29,952 nt of DNA from Gemmatimonadota bacterium (GCA_039586365.1 JBDHKN010000062.1:1-29952); one strand, 5' to 3'. Positions 17,622 to 27,066 are shown, counted from the first letter of the stretch. Program-made: numbers and translations. Notes: generated by a model not told the origin, from the letters alone.

Positions 17622-17879
17622 AGTCTCCCACTCGGGCCTTAGGCTTGGCCGCCTCACGACGCACGCCTTCCCGAGCCAAACAGCGCGTCCACCGTTTCTC
17701 GCTTCCAGTTCTCGCTTCCAGTCATCTGTGGTTCTTCACCGTGTCGTTGAGGAACCCTGGTCGATCACCGTAGTGTACATACGAGATACGATGAATTTCA
17801 TATACCTGGTTACGAGTCGGTTGTCCGCGCTCTCACTGACCAGGTACCTTACGCGATCATGAACTGAGGCAGTAATCGT

Positions 17880-20528
17880 ATGCGCCGGAACGCACTTGAT
17901 CTACAGTTGGCAATTTTCGCTGTGACACTATTTGGGTGTTCCGGTGAGACAATCGAGCCACCCCCCCCTGATCCGCGGCCAACACAGGCGGTCGCGGTTT
18001 CGGGTAACCAGCAGAACGGTACGGTCGGTCAACAACTCGCTGCGCCACTGGTCGTGCAGATAAACGATCAATCTGGCAACCCGATGTCCGGCGTCGCCGT
18101 ATCGTTCGAGGTGACTCTGGGCGGCGGGACCTTGTCGAACGCGAGCGGGACGACGAGTGCGAGTGGACAGGCCACGACCGACTGGACTCTGGGAACTGTA
18201 GCTGGGAGCCGACATCAGGTCACTGCGGCCGTGCCCGGCACAAACGTATCGGTGATTTTCGGCGCTACCGCCGGCGCCGGCGCACCAGCGGCGGTCTCCC
18301 CTGACTCAGGTGATAACCAGTTCGCCTACTTGGGGACCCGGCTTCCGAACTACCTCGTCGTGCTGATTCGCGACCAATATGCCAACGGGGTACCGGGGCA
18401 ACTCGTCCAGTTCAGTACGGAGCCTGGCAATGGGACGCCTGACTCCACCGTGGCGTTCACGGACGCTACGGGACGGGCGCGCACGAGGTGGCTGCTGGGA
18501 ACGGTCGTCGGCGAGCAGACGGCGCAGGCCATCGTCCAAGGTGTGACCGGAAGCCCGGTTGCATTCACGGCCACAGCCCACAACCTCAGCATAAGTTCGG
18601 TTAATCCCGCTCCCATGGTCTTGGGGCAGACGGCCACAATAATCGGTACCGGGTTTGATCCCACACCCGCAGGCAATACGGTCACCATTGGAAGTACCGC
18701 TGTCACGGTAACAACGGCAACCGACACGCAGCTCGACATTGCAGTTCCCAGCGCCTGCATCCCAGCGGGACCGATAGAGGTTCGGGTAAGCGTGGGTGCC
18801 TTCACGTCCGCACCGGACACGTCGGACATAATGCCTACGTCTTTTCTCGCCCTGGCGGTGGGCGAGCAGGTGATCGTACAGGATCCCAACGACTTTTGCC
18901 TCCAGTTTGCCGAAGCCAGTGGATCTGAGAGCTACTTGGTGGGGGTTCAGTCCGCTTCGGAGGTTGTGACCAGCCTCACGCCAATCACGCTCACGGGAGT
19001 GACTCCGCTCGGCTCACCGGGGGCTGGAGCCGAACCGACTCCTTCCTTCAGCGCAACTGCAGCTGGAAAGCTTCCCCGCAACATGCTGAACGGCTTGCAC
19101 ACGCGCAGACTGCTCCGGCACCGAGCCGCAGAAGCTCAGATACGGGAGATGGACCGGGCGAACTTCGAGACGCTGCGCTATGCGAGTTCCGGGCCAATGA
19201 AGACTGAGGCTGCGATTGACTCCAATGTGGTGGTTGGTGACACAATACCCATCCGGGTCATTACCGCCAGTTCATGCGGTCAGTTCGCAGAGATAACCAC
19301 GGTCGTTCGGGCAAAGGGAGTACGGGGTATCTACCTCGAAGACACGGCCAATCCGACGCCAGGATACACCGCAGCGAACTTCAGCGCTCTGAGTGGCCAA
19401 GTCGATGATTTCATCTATGACACTGATGTGGGGTATTTCGGGACCACGGTCGACGCCGACAACAATGGACGCATCGTCGTCGTGGTGACCAAAGAGGTGA
19501 ACAAGAGAGGCTCACTCGGCTTCACGTCGAGCTGCGACTACTTCCCACGTAGCGACAACAACCAGGCCAGCAACGAGGGTGAATTCTTCTACCAGGAGGC
19601 ACCAGATCCCGACGGTGACCACGGCGAGGCTTTCAGTGTATCCGAAGCTTTCGCCACGGCACCGACAATTCTAGCCCACGAGTTGGTTCACGTCATACAG
19701 TTCAGCCAGCGGCTGTCAGCCAATACGTTCCCATCGATCTGGATTGTGGAGGGCCAGGCCACGTTCGGCGAGGAGGTGGTGGGGCACGTGGAAGAGCAAC
19801 GCCAGACGGGCCAGAACTACGGTCTCGGTGTGGCAGTGAACTTAGACGATTCTACCTCGATCGACTGGTACTCCGACAGGGTTGCAGACCTGGGATTCTA
19901 TTTCGGTTGGGATCCTATCACGAACGACGACGTGAACGATCGGATAGCCGAAGCCCCTCACGAGTGTACCTGGCTGGCTCTACCTCCTGCAAATCCAGGT
20001 CCGTGTATGGGAGGCCGTGATGCTTATGGGGTCCCGTGGTCCCTGCTGCGCTGGCTGTCAGATCGATTCGGGTCCAGCTATCCCGGTGGGGAGCAGGGAC
20101 TGCAGCAAGACATCGCGCGGACCGATATGGCCGGCTACGACCTGATTGAGGCTCTGATCGGCACTGTCAGCCCGGGCAGCACCATTGAAACCTTACTGGC
20201 CCAATGGGCCGCGATGCTCTACCTAGACGGCCGGCCTGGTTTTGGTGGCCACGCGATCTTCGATATGACGAGCTGGGATTTGAATGACATCTTCTACGGT
20301 TCGTACACTGATGGACAGACCCAGTGGACTCTCATCCCAGCACTACGGCTGACACCGGCCGGATTCGCGTTCGCCGGTTTCTCGAGGAGCGCGAACGTGC
20401 GAGCTGGTTCGACCTACTATTCCGTGATCACGGGAACGGACCATCCCGCTCTGGCGGTCAGTGCCAAGGACGCTACCGGTGGGGTGCTGCCGGGACACAT
20501 GCAGCTGTGGGTAGTGCGGATGCAGTAA
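17880..20528 (+). CDS. Lipoprotein with two Big_1 Ig-like domains, an IPT/TIG domain and a gluzincin-type (M30-like) metalloprotease domain
   Basis: Lipobox LFGC; SGNQQ/SGDNQ Ig repeats; ISSVNP...TIIGTGF...NTVTIG (IPT/TIG); LAHELVHVIQ followed by WIVEGQA (HExxH...E). Confidence 0.82.
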   Translation: MRRNALDLQLAIFAVTLFGCSGETIEPPPPDPRPTQAVAVSGNQQNGTVGQQLAAPLVVQINDQSGNPMSGVAVSFEVTLGGGTLSNASGTTSASGQATTDWTLGTVAGSRHQVTAAVPGTNVSVIFGATAGAGAPAAVSPDSGDNQFAYLGTRLPNYLVVLIRDQYANGVPGQLVQFSTEPGNGTPDSTVAFTDATGRARTRWLLGTVVGEQTAQAIVQGVTGSPVAFTATAHNLSISSVNPAPMVLGQTATIIGTGFDPTPAGNTVTIGSTAVTVTTATDTQLDIAVPSACIPAGPIEVRVSVGAFTSAPDTSDIMPTSFLALAVGEQVIVQDPNDFCLQFAEASGSESYLVGVQSASEVVTSLTPITLTGVTPLGSPGAGAEPTPSFSATAAGKLPRNMLNGLHTRRLLRHRAAEAQIREMDRANFETLRYASSGPMKTEAAIDSNVVVGDTIPIRVITASSCGQFAEITTVVRAKGVRGIYLEDTANPTPGYTAANFSALSGQVDDFIYDTDVGYFGTTVDADNNGRIVVVVTKEVNKRGSLGFTSSCDYFPRSDNNQASNEGEFFYQEAPDPDGDHGEAFSVSEAFATAPTILAHELVHVIQFSQRLSANTFPSIWIVEGQATFGEEVVGHVEEQRQTGQNYGLGVAVNLDDSTSIDWYSDRVADLGFYFGWDPITNDDVNDRIAEAPHECTWLALPPANPGPCMGGRDAYGVPWSLLRWLSDRFGSSYPGGEQGLQQDIARTDMAGYDLIEALIGTVSPGSTIETLLAQWAAMLYLDGRPGFGGHAIFDMTSWDLNDIFYGSYTDGQTQWTLIPALRLTPAGFAFAGFSRSANVRAGSTYYSVITGTDHPALAVSAKDATGGVLPGHMQLWVVRMQ

Positions 20529-20550
20529 CCGGCGGGACCGGCCGGAAAAC

Positions 20551-20590
20551 GCAGAGGGCGGCAGGGATCATGCTCCTGCCGCCCTTCTGC
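20551..20590. terminator. GC-rich hairpin between convergent genes; probable bidirectional terminator
   Basis: GCAGAGGGCGGCAGG ... CCTGCCGCCCTTCTGC stem between stops at 20528 and 20610; AAAA at its left side gives a U tract on the minus strand. Confidence 0.7.
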
Positions 20591-20609
20591 CGTTCTGCCA
20601 GTCCGTCTC

Positions 20610-21434
20610 TCAGCTGCCTTCTTTGACGACTTCCCGAGTCTCCAGATCTAGTTTGAAGACCTCGCCGTTTATCGTGATAGTGGCGAACTGTGTGCCGTCG
20701 AATTCGATCACCACGTCGCGCTCACGAGTGGTGGGGTCTGCCAACCCGTCCACGACTTCAACGGTGACGTGCCGAGTGATCGTTCCGGACTGTGGGTACG
20801 TGCCGGCACGAGGCACCAGGATCACGACGTCCTCGACCATTGTGGTGGAACTCATGTCGTACGTACGGGTGCCTTTCTCGTCGGACGTCCGCGTGCGGTT
20901 CACGTCAGCACTCCCCGTTCCATTCCACGTACGCTGAGTCTCCTCGCCTGTGAGTCCGGACACCGTGAAGTCGCGCTGGCGGTTGACGGTGACGCTGAAC
21001 TGCACGCCGTCGTGTGTGCGTTCACGGGTGCCTTCGATGGACGCCACGTAATTGATAGCCTCGGTGGTGAGGGAGTCGTACTGTTCCTGCGGGTCGAGGT
21101 TCCCGTCCTGGTCGACATCGGGACCATAGAAGGTCACCTCATGTGTGATGTTGAGGTTGCCGTCGCCCGAGAACTTGCGGGGCACGCAGCGAATCTTGAA
21201 GAATCCCCAACGCCGGCAGCCGGGCACGAGGTGGAGCCCACGCCTCATGGCGAACTCGGCCTCGCTGGTCATCGCGACAACGTCGTCGTTGGTGGCATCT
21301 GCCACGTACTGGGCGACATCTAGATTCAGCAACTGCTCTTCTTCGCTCAGCGGACCCTGGGGGTCGCTACAGCCGCCCAGCAGTAGGAGCACTGGGAAGG
21401 CCGCAAAACTGCTGAGGCGTAAGATCTTAGGCAT
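20610..21434 (-). CDS. Hypothetical lipoprotein, Thr-rich beta-sheet type
   Basis: ATG 21434 after GGGAGAG; MPKILRLSSFAAFPVLLLLGGC lipobox. Confidence 0.75.
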   Translation of the reverse strand: MPKILRLSSFAAFPVLLLLGGCSDPQGPLSEEEQLLNLDVAQYVADATNDDVVAMTSEAEFAMRRGLHLVPGCRRWGFFKIRCVPRKFSGDGNLNITHEVTFYGPDVDQDGNLDPQEQYDSLTTEAINYVASIEGTRERTHDGVQFSVTVNRQRDFTVSGLTGEETQRTWNGTGSADVNRTRTSDEKGTRTYDMSSTTMVEDVVILVPRAGTYPQSGTITRHVTVEVVDGLADPTTRERDVVIEFDGTQFATITINGEVFKLDLETREVVKEGS

Positions 21435-21556
21435 GGTTCTCTCCCATTCGAAGTCCCTTGATTCGGCGGTGACCCGCCCCACTGTTCCCTCTGACGTGGC
21501 TCAGGGAACGATGTTAACGACGTGATCTGGATCACGTCGTAGTTGTGGTTAGGGCT

Positions 21557-21826
21557 TCAGGAAAGCACCACAGCCCCGGTGATGCAGCTGACCAACACGG
21601 CCCTTTGGTCCTCGCCTTGCGGCGTTTCGTACACCAAACGATAGTCCACTCCGTCGAAGCTGATCCGAACGGGATCTCCCCAGGCGACTCCAAGCTGCTG
21701 GAGAAACGTGTCGGCCAGCTGGGTTGCCGCGTCCGAGTTGAATCGGCAACCTTCCGGCGGTTCAAGCGTGGTGGTGCTGCAGGCCAGTATTGAGGCGGTC
21801 AAGAGAACGCTCGCCGCTCGTCTCAA
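21557..21826 (-). CDS. Small hypothetical lipoprotein (~89 aa)
   Basis: TTG 21826 with AGGAGG upstream; RRAASVLLTASILAC lipobox. The track's longer start overlaps nhaC. Confidence 0.55.
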   Translation of the reverse strand: MRRAASVLLTASILACSTTTLEPPEGCRFNSDAATQLADTFLQQLGVAWGDPVRISFDGVDYRLVYETPQGEDQRAVLVSCITGAVVLS

Positions 21827-21926
21827 CTGTTGCCACGACCTCCTGAATCTCTTGGCACAGTCCGCGTGAGCGTCACCAAGGCCGTGCCAATAGTCAATCG
21901 ACCGCCCGTCGAGTCCATCCGCAATG

Positions 21927-23372
21927 TTACTTTCCCGCATCTCGCTCCGTACTCGCGATGCCATCTGGAATCTCGCCTGCCTCCGGTGTGTCTCCATCGA
22001 TCTTCTCCATGGTGATCCCGGTAAATCCGTAGAACAATGATATCACAGGGTTTGTCAGATTGAGGAACGCCCACGGCAGATAGAGCAGCGGGTTGATGCC
22101 CAGCGTGGCGCCCATGAAGGCCCCACAGCTGTTCCACGGGATGAGTGGTGACGTGAGAGTGCCGGCATCCTCGAGGGCCCGCGAGAGATTTTTGGGATGG
22201 AGCCTCCGCTTGTCGTAGGCATTCTTATACATCCTACCGGGAATCACGATGGCTATGTACTGATCCGACGCGACGGCGTTCATCCCAATGCAGCTGAAGA
22301 CTGTGATAGCGACTAGCGATCCGGTCCCTTTGACCAGCTTGAGGAGAGATCGGGCGATCACCTCAAGCATACCCGTCTTCTCCATGATGCCGCCGAACGA
22401 CAGGGCGCAGATGATGAGTGCCACCGTCTCCATCATGCTCATCAAGCCACCGCGGCTCAGCAGATCGTCCACCATCAACACGCCGGTGTTGGCGACATAA
22501 CCTGAGTGGGCCGCATCGATCACTTCGGCCAGGGAGTTCGCTTGGGTTGCGACTGCGAAAATTCCGCCGAGCACCGTGCCGCCCAGCAGTGCGGGCAACG
22601 GTGGGATGCGTTTGATCACCATGACGATGACCAGGACAGGGGGCAGGAGCAGCACCGGATGGATGAAGAACTCCGCCTTCATAGTCGAGGTCATAGTCTC
22701 GATGGCTTGTGCCTCGAGCGCGCCTCCAGCAAAGCGCAGTCCGATGAGAGCGTAGAGGATTAGTGCGATGACAAAGCTCGGACCAGTAGTGTAGACCATG
22801 TGCCGGATATGCGTGAACACATCTGTTCCTGCCATGGCGGGAGCCAGATTCGTCGTATCCGAGAGCGGGGACATCTTGTCGCCAAAATAGGAACCCGAGA
22901 TGATAGCGCCGGCTACCATGGGGAGGGGGATCCCTAGGGCACCGCCAACCCCGATCAGGGCCACTCCGACCGTTCCTGCGGTCGACCAAGATGACCCGGT
23001 ACCCAACGAGACGATGGAACAGATGACCATGGTGGCCGCGAGGAAGATCCCAGGAGAAAGGACCTTGAGGCCGTAGTAAATCATCGCGGGCACCACGCCA
23101 CCCAGGATCCAGGTGCCGATCATAGTTCCGACCACCATGAGGATGAGGATGGCACCCATGGCGAGGTTGATCCCGTGCACCATCCCTTCTTGGACGTCCG
23201 CCCAGGGATGCTTGTTGAACACCGCAACCGCTGCGGCGACTGCGGCGGCGCATATCAGGGGGATGTGGGGAGACAGGTGGTAGACGCTGATGACCACTGC
23301 CAGCGCAATTATCAGAAAAACCACGGGGATCAGGGCAACGCCCAAGCCAACATCCTCTCTCTTCTCACTCAT
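21927..23372 (-). CDS. nhaC: Na+/H+ antiporter, NhaC family
   Basis: 481 aa polytopic protein; GTGSSWSTAGTVG, SGSYFGDKMSPLSDTTNLA, LSRGG, LSRALEDAGT, LIPWNSCG. Confidence 0.92.
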   Translation of the reverse strand: MSEKREDVGLGVALIPVVFLIIALAVVISVYHLSPHIPLICAAAVAAAVAVFNKHPWADVQEGMVHGINLAMGAILILMVVGTMIGTWILGGVVPAMIYYGLKVLSPGIFLAATMVICSIVSLGTGSSWSTAGTVGVALIGVGGALGIPLPMVAGAIISGSYFGDKMSPLSDTTNLAPAMAGTDVFTHIRHMVYTTGPSFVIALILYALIGLRFAGGALEAQAIETMTSTMKAEFFIHPVLLLPPVLVIVMVIKRIPPLPALLGGTVLGGIFAVATQANSLAEVIDAAHSGYVANTGVLMVDDLLSRGGLMSMMETVALIICALSFGGIMEKTGMLEVIARSLLKLVKGTGSLVAITVFSCIGMNAVASDQYIAIVIPGRMYKNAYDKRRLHPKNLSRALEDAGTLTSPLIPWNSCGAFMGATLGINPLLYLPWAFLNLTNPVISLFYGFTGITMEKIDGDTPEAGEIPDGIASTERDAGK

Positions 23373-23794
23373 GCCAGGTGCTCTCCACTCTTGGGATGTC
23401 GGCCGACCAGCCCAGGATTCCTAAGAACTGTCGACGTTATGGGGCTATCTGCCCTGGGCGCGACCGAAAAGGTTGTGAAATGTAGTGGCTCTCGCTGCCC
23501 TTCGTACACCGCTTGGAAGGGGATTGGTATGGTCGGTCTCCCCGGTTGGCTGAATGAGCTGTGGGGGCGCTACCCACATACCTCTCCGATCGATCTAAGT
23601 TGTTGCCAAATCTATACTTCGGTTTGTTCTGGAGGGGTGCCCTCTTGCCATGCGAGCGAAAAAGGTTAGCATCTCCACCCCGGCTTAGGTTCACTTCCAG
23701 TTCTCGGGGTGTACCGCGGAGCCTGGGCCGAACAGGTGTTGGGAGGCCTGTCACGCAGATCCTCGAGCTGAGTGTTTGTGAGGGTGTGCAGTAA

Positions 23795-25381
23795 ATGAAC
23801 GAACGAACAAGCGGCGAGAATCCCGCCCCCGGATGGCGAACACCACCGCCCGGCCGCAAGGTGGATATGCAGCGGCAGAGATCTGATCCCGGTTCGGCTC
23901 GGTCTCATTCTGGCTCGACAGGAGGGGTCCAGTTGGCGGAGCGGCATGAGCTCAACGCTCGGATCGAGAGTCTGGCGCGGGAGATAACGAAGTTACGGCG
24001 GACGCTGGCACCGCTCGCCAGATTCAGGACGATCATCGATCAGGGTGACGAGGCCATCATGGTGATCGATCCTGAGACCGACCGGTTCGTCGACGCCAAC
24101 CAGACTGCACTGAGGTGGCTCGGCCTGAAGCGCAAAGACCTTCTCACCCTCACGGTTCACGACGTGGACGTCGAGTTTCCCTTGGGATTCCCCGAAGCTT
24201 GTACAGCCACGGCCACTGACAAGCGGAATCACCAGAGGCCGTGGGTTTGTGGTAGGGTACACCGGCGCCGCGATGGTACGTCTTTCCCTGTCGAAGTGGC
24301 CGTTGCACCACGCCGTATCGGCGACCGCACCTACACACTCGTCGTAGCACGTGAGAGTAGACAGCATCGCCAGATTGAGCGGGCCATCCGCGAGGCGGAA
24401 GACAGGTATCACACGCTCTTCAATCTCACCCAAGATGCCGTCTATCTCACGGCGCGGGATGGTTCCATTTCCGAGGTGAACGAGGCGGCGCTCGACCTGC
24501 TGGGATACACTCGACAGGAGTTGATCGGCCTTCAGGCCAGGCAGTTGTATGCGGAACTGCCGGACACGCGCTTGTTTCAAGTGAGTGTCGAGGAGAACGG
24601 TTTCGTTCGAGACCTGGCTGTTCGGCTTCGTGCAAAGGATGGCGCGTTGATCAGCGGATTGCTGACGGTATCCCCCCGCCGCTCTAGTGGTGAAGCCGTC
24701 GGGGGATACCAATGCCTCGTCCGGCTGGCGCACGACGACTCCTTACTACGGCGCACTCCGGTTGTTGAGTCCAGCGATGAGGTGACCGCTGGAGAAGCGG
24801 ATTGTACAGCAGTGCCTGAGACAACTGCTCCTGTGGCTGAGACGGGTGCGGTCCCGGGTATGTCCGGTGAAGCTCGAGAACAGCAGCCGCTCGACTTGGA
24901 GGCTGGTGGCCGGCCACTTCCGAAGTATGCACCAGCGCCACTGTTCGACTCCGCCAGCAAGTGGCATTACAGGCCGTGGCCTTTGGTGCTGGTACTGGGT
25001 GCAGTGGTGGCTCTGTTTGGTTGGTCCGATCTCGCTGTGCTCACATACCCGTACAACTCCGGTCTGCCGGTATGGCAATTGGGCGTGCGTGTGCTGGCTC
25101 TGACTCTGTTGGCGCTCGGCATTGCCGGTCCGGCGTGGTGGCGCGCCGCCAGAGGGGTGGCGACTGGTGTAGCGCTGCTTGGAATCACGCTTTTGGTGGC
25201 ATACGTGGACTACGTGCGCGGCTTCCCGTTCGAACTGGGGGATGCGGTTCCAGACACCCAGCCGGCTCTCAGAAGCGCCATTCTCGGGGCTTCGGGATTT
25301 GCCGTGGCTCTGCTCCTCTTCTGTGGCTGGGTATCCTGGTGTTTGTGGACTGGCGCCCGCCGGAAACCGACACGCAGCTGA
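23795..25381 (+). CDS. Two PAS domains followed by a linker and about four C-terminal transmembrane helices
   Basis: RFRTIIDQ...DANQTALRWLG...HRRRDGTSFPVEV and RYHTLFN...VNEAALDLLGYTRQELIG...LRAKDG PAS motifs; hydrophobic C-terminus. Start uncertain. Confidence 0.78.
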   Translation: MNERTSGENPAPGWRTPPPGRKVDMQRQRSDPGSARSHSGSTGGVQLAERHELNARIESLAREITKLRRTLAPLARFRTIIDQGDEAIMVIDPETDRFVDANQTALRWLGLKRKDLLTLTVHDVDVEFPLGFPEACTATATDKRNHQRPWVCGRVHRRRDGTSFPVEVAVAPRRIGDRTYTLVVARESRQHRQIERAIREAEDRYHTLFNLTQDAVYLTARDGSISEVNEAALDLLGYTRQELIGLQARQLYAELPDTRLFQVSVEENGFVRDLAVRLRAKDGALISGLLTVSPRRSSGEAVGGYQCLVRLAHDDSLLRRTPVVESSDEVTAGEADCTAVPETTAPVAETGAVPGMSGEAREQQPLDLEAGGRPLPKYAPAPLFDSASKWHYRPWPLVLVLGAVVALFGWSDLAVLTYPYNSGLPVWQLGVRVLALTLLALGIAGPAWWRAARGVATGVALLGITLLVAYVDYVRGFPFELGDAVPDTQPALRSAILGASGFAVALLLFCGWVSWCLWTGARRKPTRS

Positions 25382-25711
25382 AGGAATGACACTTGGGAGC
25401 CTCCGCAGGTTGTTGCGGCTGTGATTCCTCGGCCACTGGCGCGACGGTCATCGCTAAGGGTTTAACTTTGAGGGGAGCCACACCGATCCGCTGACAGGTT
25501 CGGAGCTTGGTGCCCCGGTTCGGAATCCAAGGGCGACGTCGCGCAGCTTGCCTCCAGCCGCTACTCTGTATCCTCACGCCTACTGCTCGTACATTTGCGG
25601 GTCAATACCGCTGCGTCGGGTTACGCAGAATCGGGCTTTAGATGTCTTTCACTACCAAGGTCCTCGTGTGAGGTTGTCCGACAGCCCGGTGGGGGACTGA
25701 AAGGAGGTCGT

Positions 25712-26053
25712 ATGTCTCATCGCATTGGCGGATCAGTGATGTTGCTGGCCCTCGCCGTCTGTCTGGTATCTTGCTCTGACCTGTCCACGGGTCGGCACGA
25801 TAGGACCCAGGTGGAACTTGAGATGCTGCCACCTGGAAATGGAGTTCCAGCTGGATGGGGCCCCCTGATTTCGGTTACCGCTGTGGATGACAATTCGGCT
25901 GTGCTCTGGTTCGAGAACGAGCAAGGTGAGATCCACACTGTGAGGTACTTCGTTCGCAGGAAGATCCTGGGACCGAGTGCGAGGGTGATCCGCAGAACCG
26001 AGTCACAAATAGTGGCTACGCCACCCCAAGCAGGACCTGGCGCCACGCACTAG
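25712..26053 (+). CDS. Small hypothetical lipoprotein
   Basis: SD AAAGGAGG before ATG 25712; lipobox LVSC. Confidence 0.72.
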   Translation: MSHRIGGSVMLLALAVCLVSCSDLSTGRHDRTQVELEMLPPGNGVPAGWGPLISVTAVDDNSAVLWFENEQGEIHTVRYFVRRKILGPSARVIRRTESQIVATPPQAGPGATH

Positions 26054-26108
26054 TGTCCGGTCTGAAGGCCGCACATGCGGCGAGAAAAACAGCGTCCAGT
26101 GCCGCTCA

Positions 26109-26591
26109 TCAACCGCCGTCAGCTTCGTTCAGCTTGTCGATCAGTGATGTGATGTCTTCGTTCGGCGGAATGTCGCCCATTGAGTGGCCGTAGTGCACGT
26201 AGCGAGCCGTGCCGCTCTTGTCGACCACGACCAGAGCCGGCATCCGTCCCAGCTTGAAGAGGTTGGCCTCCTGTCCGTAACGCTTGAGAACGGTGTGCGC
26301 GGGATCGGGTAGGCCGATGAAAGGCAGTCGCTCGTCGCTCCAATAGGCGGCAAAGGACTTTCTGTTTTCGGGGCCTACCACTACGATCTCAGCGTCGCGA
26401 TCGACGAACTCTCGATACCCGTGGCGCAACTGCGCCATATGCCGGCGGCAGAACGGTCACGTGAACCCGCGATTGAAGACGAGGACGACGTGTTTCCTAG
26501 CCGCGAAGTCAGAGAGCCGTACGGTCCGACCATTCCAATCGTCCAGCTCGAACTCGGGTGCGGCGCAGTTCAACTCGATGCGATTGGGAAT
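26109..26591 (-). CDS. AhpC/TSA peroxiredoxin-like selenoprotein (UxxC), ~160 aa
   Basis: Frame continues upstream of track ORF 26109..26438 through TGA 26459-26457: ...APEFELDDWNGRTVRLSDFAARKHVVLVFNRGFT-U-PFCRRHMAQL...; thioredoxin-fold motifs on both sides of the TGA; SECIS-like hairpin follows. Confidence 0.88.
26419..26445 (-). promoter_or_regulatory. Bacterial SECIS-like hairpin
   Basis: mRNA UGGCGC-AGUU-GCGCCA: 6-bp stem, G at loop position 2, loop starting 25 nt after the UGA; extendable by CCG/CGG. Confidence 0.72.
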
Positions 26592-26819
26592 CGTTCCACC
26601 TCCTCCTGTTCGAATCCCGCTTCAAGACCAACGCACTGCTAACTCAATCGCATTGGGACAAGTCATAGCGACGAAGGCGGGACGCCGATGCACCTACGGG
26701 GACAGTAGGATCGTCGTCTACTTGGATGGTTCCAAACATACCCCCGATATGCAGCAGTGCTACCGGCGCGTCTTCATACTTCCCAGAACCGGCCTAACTC
26801 GTTACAGTTGTTGCACCTT

Positions 26820-26892
26820 GGGGCGGTAGCTCAGCTGGGAGAGCACCTGCCTTGCACGCAGGGGGTCGTGGGTTCGAGTCCCATCCGCTCCA
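26820..26892 (+). tRNA. tRNA-Ala (anticodon TGC), CCA not encoded
   Basis: Acceptor GGGGCGG/CCGCTCC with G3:U70, D arm GCTC/GAGC, anticodon arm CCTGC-CTTGCAC-GCAGG, T arm GTGGG-TTCGAGT-CCCAT, discriminator A. Confidence 0.97.
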
Positions 26893-26905
26893 TCTCGTAA
26901 GACAA

Positions 26906-26948
26906 GGCTCCGCAATCGATTAGGCAGGTTGCGGGGCCCGTCGTTTTC
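26906..26948 (+). terminator. Hairpin after the tRNA; probable intrinsic terminator
   Basis: GGCTCCGCAATC (26906-26917) pairs with GGTTGCGGGGCC (26927-26938) using G-U pairs; followed by CGTCGTTTT. Confidence 0.55.
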
Positions 26949-27066
26949 ATGCAACACTGGTCGTGGTGTCAATAGCGGTGACAAACAACGGCCGTCCTGA
27001 CCGACACTTCCCGCAGGCGCGATCGACTGTGATCTTTTCCTGAGCTTTGACCCTGGGTGGCGAGCC

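Noticed and set aside
25382..25711. Riboswitch or ncRNA in the long intergenic region (also 23373-23794)
   Set aside because: Only short hairpins such as CTGCGT/ACGCAG; no conserved motif I recognise. An Rfam/Infernal scan would settle it.
26106..26111. Tandem TGA TGA at the end of the selenoprotein as further Sec codons
   Set aside because: Falls after the fold is complete, with no redox motif or evident SECIS; reads as a reinforced stop.
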